Positions 9,229 through 20,052 of a stretch of DNA of 64,000 nt are shown here, piece by piece. Position 1 is the stretch's first letter, and each line of letters begins with the position of its first letter. Origin of the DNA: an uncultured Gammaproteobacteria bacterium (GTDB lineage Bacteria > Patescibacteriota > Microgenomatia > Levybacterales > GWA1-39-11); NCBI GenBank assembly GCA_964427615.1, contig CAYRUR010000005.1, positions 15,369-79,368 on the forward strand, in the 5' to 3' direction. The notes below the pieces were generated by a model. That model ran no database searches, was not told where the DNA came from, and saw only the letters and a list, made by a program, of their open reading frames with translations. Both the position numbers and the translations under genes were made by a program.

Positions 9229-9822
9229 ATGGAAAGAGAGGCCCTCCGGGCAATTGATATTTTAAAAAAAGGTGGCGTTATTGTTTTTCCCACAGATACT
9301 GCATTTGGAATTGGTTGCAGAGTTGATAATGAAAAAGCAGTAGAAAGAATTTTTGCGATAAAAGGAAGAGATGAGCGTAAAGCTACTCCAGTTCTGGTTT
9401 CCTCAATAGATATGGCTCAACAATATGTTGATGATATTCCCTCTGGAGCCTATCAACTGATGGAAAAATATTGGCCTGGTGCTTTGACTATTGTTTTACC
9501 CAGTACTCAAGCTCAAGTACCAACTCTGGTTACTGGTGGTAGTAATTCATTAGGGGTCAGGATGCCAGACTATTTTTTACTGTTACAAATAATTGAGGCA
9601 GTTGGTGTGCCCCTAATAGGCACTTCCGCAAATCTCTCAGGGGAAAATACACCCTTTACTGTTGAAGGACTTAATCCTTCTCTTGTAAGACAAGTAGATA
9701 TGGTTCTTTCCGGATCATGTAAAATAAAACAGCCGTCAACGGTTGTAGATTACACACAAACTCCTTATCGGATTTTGAGAGAAGGTGCGATACGGTTGGA
9801 GAAAGAGATTCAAGATTTATGA
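9229..9822 (+). CDS. tsaC: L-threonylcarbamoyladenylate synthase (TsaC/YrdC/Sua5 family)
   Basis: FPTDTAFG, KGR, WPGALT, GTSANLSG, PSTVVD motifs. Confidence 0.92.
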   Translation: MEREALRAIDILKKGGVIVFPTDTAFGIGCRVDNEKAVERIFAIKGRDERKATPVLVSSIDMAQQYVDDIPSGAYQLMEKYWPGALTIVLPSTQAQVPTLVTGGSNSLGVRMPDYFLLLQIIEAVGVPLIGTSANLSGENTPFTVEGLNPSLVRQVDMVLSGSCKIKQPSTVVDYTQTPYRILREGAIRLEKEIQDL

Positions 9823-10030
9823 TTCAGGAATAAGAATTACGAATTAGGAATTAAGAGAAGAAAACAGAAATCAGAGAGCAGAAAACAAGCGTCATTGCGA
9901 GTAATCCTGAGCTTGTCGAAGGAGAAGCAATCCCCTTACCTACAGGGATCGCCACAGGAACTAATCGTTCCTTCGCGATGACGAGGTAGTTCACTCTTTA
10001 GAATTTCGAATTTAGTGCTTAGAATTGAAC
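9807..10030. repeat. Heptamer tracts flanking a REP/MITE-like palindromic element
   Basis: GATTCAA/GATTTAT/GATTCAG and GAATTAN heptamers; element 9890-9983 with termini CGTCATTGCGA...TCGCGATGACG and nested ATCCTGAGCTTGTCGAAGGA. Confidence 0.8.
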
Positions 10031-10038
10031 ATTTAACC

Positions 10039-10359
10039 ATGAATATCCTATCTATTGATACATCAAATAATAAAGAAATAGTAGTAACGTTGACAGTGGG
10101 TGGTAAAGGCTTTGAAGAAAGGCTTGCTCAGCATAAATCAGGTGCAGAGGAAACCCTTATTTTAATAGAAAAACTGCTTAAAGAAAGTGCTATTACACTC
10201 AAAGATATAGAAATGATAACGGTACATACAGGGCCTGGTTCTTTTACAGGCCTTCGAGTAGGGGTAGCAATTGCCAACGCACTCTCTTTTTCTTTGGGTA
10301 TACCAGTCAATGACAAAAAGAATGGGGAAATTGAAATTCCTATCTATAATCCTCTATGA
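10039..10359 (+). CDS. tsaB: TsaB, N-terminal lobe only (106 aa)
   Basis: ILSIDTS and GPGSFTGLRVG motifs; ATG 10039. Confidence 0.88.
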   Translation: MNILSIDTSNNKEIVVTLTVGGKGFEERLAQHKSGAEETLILIEKLLKESAITLKDIEMITVHTGPGSFTGLRVGVAIANALSFSLGIPVNDKKNGEIEIPIYNPL

Positions 10360-10368
10360 TAGTAAAGT

Positions 10369-11337
10369 ATGCGAAAGTTTTTCTATCAGCTCTTTGTTCC
10401 CCATTCACGCAATAACCATAGAGCCAAGGTCCTTCATCATACCAGTATCATAGTACTTACCTTTCTTGTTCTTGCTTTTAGCCTTTTTATTATTAAGGTA
10501 GAACATACTCACCCTAATATTTTAGGCGTTTCCTACTCCATAACTGCTCAAGAATTGTTGGATATCACGAATAAAGATAGAGCAGAAAAAGGTCTACACC
10601 CTCTTGTGTTGAGTGAGAAGCTTTCTAGTGCTGCACGGTGGAAAGCTGACAATATGTTCCAAAATAATTATTGGGCTCATTTTGCTCCAGACGGTACTTC
10701 TCCCTGGGATTTTATTAAAAATTCAGGATACGACTATGCCTATGCAGGAGAAAATTTAGCCAAAGGATTTACCCATTCTGAAGCAGTAGTCAAGGCGTGG
10801 ATGGAATCTGAAAGTCATAGGGAAAATATGTTGTCAGATAAATATAAAGAAGTAGGTTTTGCAATTGTGGAAGGACATTTATTGGGAGAAGAAACAGTAC
10901 TTATTGTAGAAATGTTTGGAGCAGAAGCTGGATCATCTGCTGTTGCTACTTCTCAAAACGCAGCTACTACTCAGCATGTTGCAGCTGCCTCTGTTCCTAC
11001 AAAAGCAGCTGCAGAACCTGTTGCTCCTGTTTCAGCACCGGTTATTACACCTATCGCAAAAGCAGAAGTTGAAAAAAAAGAGAATGTTTTTCGTATGCCT
11101 TCCATCACCTTACCAGCATTGAAAGTAGAATCATCTCCGCTGATTGATGTGGTCTCTATTACAAGGCTAGTAGGTATAGTCGTTTTCTTTATTCTCATAG
11201 CAACTTTTTTGGTGGATTTAGCGGTAGTGGAGAAAAGGAAAATTCCTAGAACAGTTGGTCATAACTTTGATCATATTTTAATTTTGTCTCTTGCTTTAAT
11301 TGTTTTTTTATTGCAAAAGACAGGAGGAATTATTTAA
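10369..11337 (+). CDS. CAP/SCP-domain membrane protein
   Basis: NKDR...LSSAA..KA.NM, AGENLA, WMESESHRENML motifs; N- and C-terminal TM segments. Confidence 0.85.
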   Translation: MRKFFYQLFVPHSRNNHRAKVLHHTSIIVLTFLVLAFSLFIIKVEHTHPNILGVSYSITAQELLDITNKDRAEKGLHPLVLSEKLSSAARWKADNMFQNNYWAHFAPDGTSPWDFIKNSGYDYAYAGENLAKGFTHSEAVVKAWMESESHRENMLSDKYKEVGFAIVEGHLLGEETVLIVEMFGAEAGSSAVATSQNAATTQHVAAASVPTKAAAEPVAPVSAPVITPIAKAEVEKKENVFRMPSITLPALKVESSPLIDVVSITRLVGIVVFFILIATFLVDLAVVEKRKIPRTVGHNFDHILILSLALIVFLLQKTGGII

Positions 11338-11350
11338 AAGTTTGTGGTTT

Positions 11351-11617
11351 ATGAAGAAATTTTTATTACATCATCATCGTTGGTATTTGCTTGAAGTGGT
11401 ATTTTTGTTATTTGGTTTTTTCCTGGTTTATTTATTCTCATATGATGTCTCGTTGCAATTTATGCTCTTAGTCTTTATACTATTGTCGTACATTACAACT
11501 GGCTTTATTCATCATTTTATACATCATGATTTAAAAGCAAAAGTTGTGTTAGAATACGTCTTAATTAGCTTATTGATATTAAGCGCATTCGTATTATTAA
11601 ATAGCTCACGATTATGA
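11351..11617 (+). CDS. Small 3-TM membrane protein
   Basis: Hydrophobic 88-aa ORF whose stop overlaps the rmlA start (ATGA). Confidence 0.65.
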   Translation: MKKFLLHHHRWYLLEVVFLLFGFFLVYLFSYDVSLQFMLLVFILLSYITTGFIHHFIHHDLKAKVVLEYVLISLLILSAFVLLNSSRL

Positions 11618-12348
11618 AAGGAATTATATTAGCAGGGGGTAAGGCAACACGATTACGTCCTCTTACCAAAATTACCTCAAAACAATTGCTTCCAATTTAT
11701 AATAAACCTATGATTTTTTATCCAATTAATACGCTTGTAAAAGCAGGGATAAAAGATATCCTTATTATTGTTGCTCCTGATTATGCTGGACATTTTTTGA
11801 ATCTCCTTGGTTCTGGGTCAGAGTTTGGTGCAAAGTTTAGTTATGAAATTCAGGAAGAACCAGCAGGACTCGCTCAGGCATTTCTTATAGGAGAGAATTT
11901 TATCGGAAACGACAATGTTACCATGATTTTAGGAGATAATATTTTTGAGCATGACTTCACTGAAAGTATTGCAAATTTTGAACATGGAGGACGCATCTTT
12001 GCCAAAAAAGTCCCAGATCCTGAGCGATTTGGAGTTGTTGAATTTGATGGACAGAATAAGGTTATCTCAATTGTTGAGAAACCAGAAAAGCCTGCAAGTG
12101 ATTATGCAGTTGTTGGAATCTATATTTATGATAACAATGTTGTTAAATATGCAAAAAGCCTAAAACCATCAGTAAGAGGTGAAATAGAAATCACGGATTT
12201 AAATAATATTTACCTAAAAAATGGTGAGTTAAAAGTGGATATCATAGAAGGACTATGGGAAGATGCGGGAACATTTGATAGTCTTCTTCGTGCAAATAAC
12301 TTAATTGCAGACAAAATAAAAGCAGGTGAAAATTTCTTTAACCTATAG
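11614..12348 (+). CDS. rmlA: Glucose-1-phosphate thymidylyltransferase (short form)
   Basis: GIILAGG..TRLRPLT, SKQLLPIY, LGDN, EKP, RGEIEITD motifs. Confidence 0.9.
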   Translation: MKGIILAGGKATRLRPLTKITSKQLLPIYNKPMIFYPINTLVKAGIKDILIIVAPDYAGHFLNLLGSGSEFGAKFSYEIQEEPAGLAQAFLIGENFIGNDNVTMILGDNIFEHDFTESIANFEHGGRIFAKKVPDPERFGVVEFDGQNKVISIVEKPEKPASDYAVVGIYIYDNNVVKYAKSLKPSVRGEIEITDLNNIYLKNGELKVDIIEGLWEDAGTFDSLLRANNLIADKIKAGENFFNL

Positions 12349-12372
12349 AATATAATATTAGAGAAGATAATT

Positions 12373-12846
12373 ATGGAAGAGCAAAAACTTATACAAGGAG
12401 TAGAAATAAAAAAACTGGTAAGACACAGAGATGATAGAGGCTTTTTTGAAGAGCTTATTCGGGTAAGTGATCCTTTTTTTAAAGAAGGTTTTGGACAGTT
12501 ATCTCGGTCTTTAATGTTTCCGGGAGTTATTAAGGCCTGGCATGTACACAAAACACAGATTGATTGGTGGTACTGCGGAAAAGGGACATTAAAAGCAGTG
12601 TTATATGATAATCGTGAAGATTCTCCAACGTACAAAATGCTGCAAGAATTTGATTTGGGAGAAAATGGTGAGGATATGGTCTTAAAAATTCCACCAGGAG
12701 TAGCGCACGGCTGTAAAGTGATGGGTGATAGTGCAGAGCTTTACTATATAACCTCAAAAACGTATGATCCTGAAGAAGAAGGAAGAATTCCCCATGACGA
12801 TCCAAGCATTGGCTATGATTGGCTAAAACACTCGCCAATAAAATAG
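12373..12846 (+). CDS. rmlC: dTDP-4-dehydrorhamnose 3,5-epimerase family protein
   Basis: DDRGFF.E, KAWHVH, DNREDSPTY, IPPGVAHG motifs. Confidence 0.85.
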   Translation: MEEQKLIQGVEIKKLVRHRDDRGFFEELIRVSDPFFKEGFGQLSRSLMFPGVIKAWHVHKTQIDWWYCGKGTLKAVLYDNREDSPTYKMLQEFDLGENGEDMVLKIPPGVAHGCKVMGDSAELYYITSKTYDPEEEGRIPHDDPSIGYDWLKHSPIK

Positions 12847-12858
12847 TACTCTTTTGTA

Positions 12859-13401
12859 ATGAATACTACTAACATTCTTTCTCAGGAAGTTGTACTCCAG
12901 ACAAAGCTATTTAATGTAATTAAATCTATATTTAAATCTAAAGAGGGTAAAGTTAAAACACATTTTGATATTGAAAGAAGGCCTACGGTATCTATTTTCC
13001 CTATAACTGAAAATTACGAACTATTTCTTATATCTCAATACCGTCCCCTCTATGGAAAGAAAATATTTGAAGGAATCGCTGGGTTTGTGGAATCGGGGGA
13101 GGACATAGCAGATGCAGCAAAGAGAGAGTTACAAGAAGAAACTGGTATTGTTGCAAACAAATGGACTGATTTGGGAATAGTAGATATGTCAGCCAGTGTT
13201 ATAAAAGCTCAATCTCATATTTTCCTTGCGCAAGATTTGGAGTTTGGAGCGGATAATCCTGATGAAGGAGAAGAAATAGAGCTTATAAAAATTCCTTTAG
13301 ATGAGGCAATAGAGAAAGTTATGTCAGGAGAGATTACTGTATCCGTAAGCAAGCTGGGGATACTTATGGTGGATAGATTAAGACAGGAAGGAAAGCTATG
13401 A
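12859..13401 (+). CDS. NUDIX hydrolase (ADP-sugar pyrophosphatase-like)
   Basis: Canonical Nudix box GFVESGEDIADAAKRELQEETG; QYR motif. Confidence 0.88.
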   Translation: MNTTNILSQEVVLQTKLFNVIKSIFKSKEGKVKTHFDIERRPTVSIFPITENYELFLISQYRPLYGKKIFEGIAGFVESGEDIADAAKRELQEETGIVANKWTDLGIVDMSASVIKAQSHIFLAQDLEFGADNPDEGEEIELIKIPLDEAIEKVMSGEITVSVSKLGILMVDRLRQEGKL

Positions 13402-13937
13402 GCAAAGTATCTGCTAACTGGAAAAAAGTAAGTGAAAAAATCTTAGTTGATAATAAATACATTTCTATTTGGGAAGAGGATGTCCTGCAGCCAAATGGAA
13501 AAATTGCCACGTATTATGTAAATAGAAGAACGCCATATAGTGTGATTATTCCCATGAAAGGAGACACTCTCTACATGGTAAAGCAATTTAGATATCCGGT
13601 AAATACGATATCACTTGAATTTCCTATGGGGCATGTAGAGGGTAAATCGCCTCTGGAAACAGCACAAATAGAACTTTTAGAAGAGACTGGTATACAAGCA
13701 GGTGAGCTGGTTGAAATTGGCAAATTTTGGGTTGCTCCAGGAAGAAGCAGTCAATGGGCATATGTGTATGTAGCAAAAGATTTGAGTTTTCATGAAGCAC
13801 AGCCTGAGGAGGGAGAGTTTTTTGAACTTGAAAAGTATACTTTTGCCGAAATTAGAGACATGATTGCCAAAGGAAAAATCCTTGACGCTACCAGTATTGT
13901 AGCGTATCATTATCTGGAGAATTACTTAAAGCAATAA
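13398..13937 (+). CDS. NUDIX hydrolase, second tandem copy
   Basis: QFRYP..LEFPMG and a variant Nudix box AQIELLEETG. Confidence 0.85.
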   Translation: MSKVSANWKKVSEKILVDNKYISIWEEDVLQPNGKIATYYVNRRTPYSVIIPMKGDTLYMVKQFRYPVNTISLEFPMGHVEGKSPLETAQIELLEETGIQAGELVEIGKFWVAPGRSSQWAYVYVAKDLSFHEAQPEEGEFFELEKYTFAEIRDMIAKGKILDATSIVAYHYLENYLKQ

Positions 13938-13939
13938 TT

Positions 13940-14956
13940 ATGAAATTACTGGTTACCGGAGGAGCAGGTTTTATAGGCTCCAACTTTATTTTGTACTGGA
14001 TGAAGCAACATCCAGAGGATGAAGTGGTAAATCTTGATGCTCTTACCTATGCTGGTAATCTTGAGAACCTTAAAAGCGTAGAAGATAATCCTCACTACAC
14101 CTTTATTCATGCAGATATTACAGATCCAGAAGCAGTGGCAAAAGCAATGGAAGGAATAGATATTGTGGTCCATTTTGCTGCTGAAAGTCATGTGGATAGA
14201 TCTATCCTTGAGCCATTTCCTTTTGTAAAAACAAATGTCTTAGGTACACAAGTGCTGTTGGATGCAGCATTAAAGGCAAATGTAAAACGCTTTCACCATA
14301 TCTCAACTGATGAGGTGTTCGGAACTTTACAATTGGGAAGTCCTGAGCGATTTAGTGAGGCAACTCCCTATGATCCGCGCAGTCCATATGCTGCAAGCAA
14401 AGCAGGGTCAGATCATTTGGTGAGAGCCTATCACGAAACATACGGGTTGCCCATAAGTATCACCAATTGCTCCAATAATTTTGGACCCTATCATTTCCCT
14501 GAAAAATTGATTCCGCTTGCTATTACCAATCTGCTTGAAGGCAAAAAAGTACCGATATATGGAAACGGGATGCAGGTAAGAGATTGGTTGTATGTTGAAG
14601 ACCATGCGCGTGCAGTTGAAGCAGTGCTTTTGAAAGGAAAGATTGGAGAAACGTATGTTGTAGGGGGACAAACAGAGGATATTCCTAATATTGAGGTAGT
14701 AAGAAAGATTATCGCGCTTTTAGGAAAAGACGAAAGTGCTATTGAGCATGTAAAAGATAGACCAGGACATGATGTGCGCTATGCCATGAATTGGACCAAA
14801 ATAAAAACAGAACTTGGATGGGAACCACAGCATGATTTTGATACCTGGCTTGAAAAGACAGTTGAGTGGTATAAAAATAACCAAGACTGGTGGAAAAAAG
14901 TAAAATCAGGAGAATACCAAACATATTACGCAAAAAACTACGGACAGAACATATGA
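13940..14956 (+). CDS. rmlB: dTDP-glucose 4,6-dehydratase
   Basis: TGGAGFIGSN, HFAAESHVDRS, STDEV, SPYAASKA, DRPGHD motifs. Confidence 0.95.
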   Translation: MKLLVTGGAGFIGSNFILYWMKQHPEDEVVNLDALTYAGNLENLKSVEDNPHYTFIHADITDPEAVAKAMEGIDIVVHFAAESHVDRSILEPFPFVKTNVLGTQVLLDAALKANVKRFHHISTDEVFGTLQLGSPERFSEATPYDPRSPYAASKAGSDHLVRAYHETYGLPISITNCSNNFGPYHFPEKLIPLAITNLLEGKKVPIYGNGMQVRDWLYVEDHARAVEAVLLKGKIGETYVVGGQTEDIPNIEVVRKIIALLGKDESAIEHVKDRPGHDVRYAMNWTKIKTELGWEPQHDFDTWLEKTVEWYKNNQDWWKKVKSGEYQTYYAKNYGQNI

Positions 14957-15810
14957 AAATCGCAGTAATTGGAGGAAATGGTCTTGTCGGATCTCGTGTT
15001 GTTGAACTGCTTGAAGATAAATATACCTTTGTTCAATTAAGTAGAACTACTGGTGTTGATATATTACAGCCGGAGACATTAAAAGTGCTAGATGATGCCT
15101 CAATTGATCTTGTGCTGCACATGGCAGCCTATACAAATGTAGATGGGGCAGAGGAGGATAAGGACTTAGGTGAGCAGAGTCAAGCGTGGAAGGTAAATGT
15201 TACCGGTACTAAAAACATTGTAGAAGCATGTTTGAAAGCCAATAAAAAGATAATCTATATCTCAACTGATTTTATTTTTGATGGAGAAAAAGGACGCTAT
15301 ACTGAGGAAGATACTCCAAATCCTGTAAATTGGTATGGTAAGACAAAGTATGAAGGTGAAAACATCGTAAAAGAGTCAGGTTTGAAGTATGTGATTGCCA
15401 GAATTGCATATCCTTACAGAACTGCTTTTGAGAAAAAAGATTTTATGCGAGCGATAAAATCGCGACTTGAGAGTGGACAGACGGTTAAAGCAGTTACGGA
15501 TCATATTTTTACTCCTACTTTTATTGATGATGTTGCCTACGCAATTGAAGCACTTATTATAGGAGAGAAAGAAGGAATATTTCATATAGTGGGAAGCCAA
15601 AGTCTTTCTCCTTATGAGGCTGCTTTAAGGATTGCAGATAGTTTTGGATTGGACAAAAAGTTAATATTTCCGACGACCAGAAAAGAGTATTTTGCCAGTG
15701 GTGCAAAACGTCCCTTTGATCTTTCTTTAGAAAATGGTAAAATAAGAAGTCTTGGAATCAAGATGTCTTCATTTGAAGAAGGACTGGTAGCAGCAAAAAG
15801 ACAATTATGA
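14953..15810 (+). CDS. rmlD: dTDP-4-dehydrorhamnose reductase
   Basis: GGNGLVG, AAYTNVD, STDFIFDG, YGKTK motifs; ATG 14953 overlaps the rmlB stop. Confidence 0.9.
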   Translation: MKIAVIGGNGLVGSRVVELLEDKYTFVQLSRTTGVDILQPETLKVLDDASIDLVLHMAAYTNVDGAEEDKDLGEQSQAWKVNVTGTKNIVEACLKANKKIIYISTDFIFDGEKGRYTEEDTPNPVNWYGKTKYEGENIVKESGLKYVIARIAYPYRTAFEKKDFMRAIKSRLESGQTVKAVTDHIFTPTFIDDVAYAIEALIIGEKEGIFHIVGSQSLSPYEAALRIADSFGLDKKLIFPTTRKEYFASGAKRPFDLSLENGKIRSLGIKMSSFEEGLVAAKRQL

Positions 15811-17099
15811 AAATAACATTTATTGGACATGGCTATGTAGGACTAGTAACTGCAGCTATTTTTGCAGACCTCGGTAACACCGTTTACGTTATTGGACGCA
15901 CCCCCTCAAAGATTGAGAATTTAAAAAAAGGCATTATTCCTATTTATGAGTCAGGATTGGCAGAGATTGTACAAAGAAATGTAGAGGCAGGTAGGCTTCA
16001 GTTTTCTCTTGATTACGAACCTTTTATTCAGGACTCAGAAATTGTATTTACTGCTGTAGGTACTCCTCCTAAAGAAAATGGTGAAGCAAATCTTTCTTTT
16101 GTCATGGAAGTTATTGAAAAGATAGCTAAGAATCTTTCTGGATACACCGTTATTGCTACTAAAAGTACAGTGCCAGTGGGAACTAACAAAGTAGTGCGTG
16201 AAATTATTGAAAAACACAAACCTGCTGATGCAACATATGATATTGCTTCAGTGCCGGAATTTTTACGAGAAGGATCAGCCATTTCTGATACTATGCATCC
16301 TGACAGAATTGTTATAGGAACCGACAGTCAAAAAGCCCAAGATTTATTAGTACAGCTGCACAAACCAATTGATGGAGAACTGGTTCTTACAAATCTTGAA
16401 ACAGCAGAGATGATTAAGTATGCTGCTAACTCTTTCCTGGCTACTAAAATTTCATTTGCCAATGCAATTGCAGAACTATCAGAACGGGTAGGTGCTGATG
16501 CATTAAAGGTTATGGAAGGCATTGGCGTTGATAAAAGAATCGGAAAATTATTCTTACAGCCTGGAGCAGGCTACGGTGGAAGCTGTTTTCCAAAAGATGT
16601 GAAAGCCCTGATTGCAATTGCAAAACAAAATGGCTATGACTTCAAGCTCCTTGAAGAAGTTGAAGAAATCAATGCTGCTGCACGAGAAAAAATTGTTAAA
16701 AAAATAGAATCAGCAGTAGGAGACCTGAAAGGAAAGAACATTGGTGTATTAGGTCTGGCTTTCAAACCTGACACTGATGACATGCGGGATGCTCCTTCAA
16801 TCACCATTATCCATGCACTGAAAGAAAAAGGTGCATATGTAAAAGCCTATGACCCTCAAGCTGCTGAGAATGCAAAGCTGGTAATCAATGGAGTTGATGA
16901 GTATGCTGAGAATATGTATGAAGCTGTACAGGATGCTGATGCCATGGTAGTAGTTACTGACTGGAATGAATTTAAGGAAATCGATTTTGAGAAAGTAAAG
17001 CACGCCATGCGCTCTCCTATTGTTATTGATGGAAGAAACATCTATGAACCTGAGCAAATGAAAGAACGAGGGTTTGCATACCAAGGTGTTGGCAGATAA
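15807..17099 (+). CDS. ugd: UDP-glucose 6-dehydrogenase
   Basis: GHGYVG, PEFLREG, GYGGSCFPKD, FKPDTDDMR motifs. Confidence 0.92.
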   Translation: MKITFIGHGYVGLVTAAIFADLGNTVYVIGRTPSKIENLKKGIIPIYESGLAEIVQRNVEAGRLQFSLDYEPFIQDSEIVFTAVGTPPKENGEANLSFVMEVIEKIAKNLSGYTVIATKSTVPVGTNKVVREIIEKHKPADATYDIASVPEFLREGSAISDTMHPDRIVIGTDSQKAQDLLVQLHKPIDGELVLTNLETAEMIKYAANSFLATKISFANAIAELSERVGADALKVMEGIGVDKRIGKLFLQPGAGYGGSCFPKDVKALIAIAKQNGYDFKLLEEVEEINAAAREKIVKKIESAVGDLKGKNIGVLGLAFKPDTDDMRDAPSITIIHALKEKGAYVKAYDPQAAENAKLVINGVDEYAENMYEAVQDADAMVVVTDWNEFKEIDFEKVKHAMRSPIVIDGRNIYEPEQMKERGFAYQGVGR

Positions 17100-18050
17100 G
17101 TGAGTAAAAAAGTCTTTATTACCGGTATTACAGGATTTGCAGGGAGTTTCCTCTCAGAATATCTTTTAACCAAAGGATATACAGTTGCCGGAGTTGTTCG
17201 TCCTCACACTCAAGAAAATAAGCAGCTCAAAAATGTTACCTATTTTGAAGCAGATTTACTCGATTCTTCCTCGACTGCTGCTATTATCTCTGAATATAAG
17301 CCGGATTTTGTGTATCACTTAGCGGCACTTTCTTCTCCAGCAGAAAGTTTTCAGCACCCTGCCAGTACTCTGACAAATAATATAACTGCTGAAGTTAATG
17401 TGCTTGAGGCACTACGTAAAAACAATCTATTACAGACAAAAGTGCTCGTTGTATCATCAGGAGAAATATATGGAGCAGTTGCATCTCAGGACTTACCCGT
17501 GAATGAGCAAGTATCTTTAAAACCTATGAGTCCGTATGGTGTTTCAAAAATTACCCAAGATTTTCTGGGGTTACAATACTTTCTCTCTTACAAGATGCCA
17601 ATTGTACGTGTGAGGCCTTTTAATCATATTGGACCACGTCAAACTGCTCATTTTGTAGTGGCTGCTTTTGCCAAACAAATTGCAGAAATTGAAAAAGGGA
17701 AAAAAGAGGCGGTATTAAAAGTGGGTAATTTAGAGGCAAAACGGGATTTTACTGATGTACGAGATATTGTAAGAGCGTATGAGTTGGTACTAACAAAGGG
17801 AAAAGCAGGAGAAGTATATAATATCGGATCTGGCAAGTCATACAAGATTGCTGATATTTTAGAGGGTTTGCTCCAGTTATCAAAAGTTACTATCACTATT
17901 GAAAAAGATCAGAAATTACTGCGACCCAGTGATATTCCTGAAATTGTTTGTGATAACACAAAAATACAGCAGGAAACAGGATGGAAACCTGAAATAACAC
18001 TTGATGAATCGCTCAAAGATGTCCTAGACTATTGGAGAAATATTGTTTAA
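17100..18050 (+). CDS. Extended SDR, probable GDP-4-keto-6-deoxymannose reductase (Rmd-like)
   Basis: TGITGFAGS, PYGVSK, RPFNHIGPRQ, VGNLEAKRDFTDVRD; immediately upstream of gmd; GTG start. Confidence 0.75.
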   Translation: MSKKVFITGITGFAGSFLSEYLLTKGYTVAGVVRPHTQENKQLKNVTYFEADLLDSSSTAAIISEYKPDFVYHLAALSSPAESFQHPASTLTNNITAEVNVLEALRKNNLLQTKVLVVSSGEIYGAVASQDLPVNEQVSLKPMSPYGVSKITQDFLGLQYFLSYKMPIVRVRPFNHIGPRQTAHFVVAAFAKQIAEIEKGKKEAVLKVGNLEAKRDFTDVRDIVRAYELVLTKGKAGEVYNIGSGKSYKIADILEGLLQLSKVTITIEKDQKLLRPSDIPEIVCDNTKIQQETGWKPEITLDESLKDVLDYWRNIV

Positions 18051-19034
<984 letters not shown>

Positions 19035-19098
19035 AGCTTGTATCATTTCTACACCAGACAGATATAGTACACATCATGCAAATGTTTAGATTTCTCCT

Positions 19099-20052
19099 AT
19101 GAGTAACATTATTATTACAGGCGGTGCAGGATTTATTGGGTCACATCTTTGTAAAAGATTATTATCTGAAGGTCATACCGTAGTGTGCGTTGATAATCTG
19201 TTGACTGGATCCAAAAAAAATATTGAAAATCTGCTTTCTGACAAGAATTTTTCTTTTCTCAATCACGATGTAACGCAGCCACTTCCTGATTCTTTGCAAG
19301 CTGATGCAATTTTTCATATGGCTTCTCCTGCTTCTCCAAATCATCATAGTAATATCAGTTACCATGCTCTTCCTATGGAAACCATGATGGTAAATACGCT
19401 TGGTACTTTGGAATTATTAAAATTTGCTCAAAAGAAGAATGCCAAATTTCTTTTTGCTTCTACCTCAGAAGTATATGGCGATCCTCAAGTACATCCGCAA
19501 CCTGAGGATTATAATGGGAATGTCTCCACCACCGGTCCTCGTTCTGTGTATGATGAAGCTAAACGATTTGGCGAAACGCTTGTCGCTCATTTTGTCCGAA
19601 ATGGTCTTGATGGACGTATTGTCCGCATTTTTAATACCTATGGGCCAAATATGCAAAAAGAGGATATGCGCATGATTGTACGTTTTATTATCCAATCATT
19701 ACACAATGAGCCTATCACTGTATTTGGAGATGGTACACAAACCCGTTCTTTATGCTTTGTGGATGACCTAATAGAAGGGTTGGTACGCTTGATGTTCTAT
19801 CCAAATACCAAAGGAGAAATTGTGAATTTGGGAAGCAGCAATGAACATACAGTACTAGAGTATGCTCAGATAGTTAAAAAATTGACCAATTCAGAAAGTG
19901 AGATTGTATTAAGTGAAGGACTTCCTCAGCATGATCCTCTGAAAAGAAGGCCTGATACCACAAAGGCTAAAAAACTGCTAGAATGGGAAGAGTCTACGCC
20001 TCTTGAGGAAGGATTACAGAAAACAATTGAGTATGTCAAAACAATAATATGA
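19099..20052 (+). CDS. UDP-glucuronate decarboxylase (UDP-xylose synthase)-like SDR
   Basis: ASPASP, STSEVYGDP, RSVYDEAKR, RIFNTYGP, DGTQTRS motifs. Confidence 0.85.
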   Translation: MSNIIITGGAGFIGSHLCKRLLSEGHTVVCVDNLLTGSKKNIENLLSDKNFSFLNHDVTQPLPDSLQADAIFHMASPASPNHHSNISYHALPMETMMVNTLGTLELLKFAQKKNAKFLFASTSEVYGDPQVHPQPEDYNGNVSTTGPRSVYDEAKRFGETLVAHFVRNGLDGRIVRIFNTYGPNMQKEDMRMIVRFIIQSLHNEPITVFGDGTQTRSLCFVDDLIEGLVRLMFYPNTKGEIVNLGSSNEHTVLEYAQIVKKLTNSESEIVLSEGLPQHDPLKRRPDTTKAKKLLEWEESTPLEEGLQKTIEYVKTII

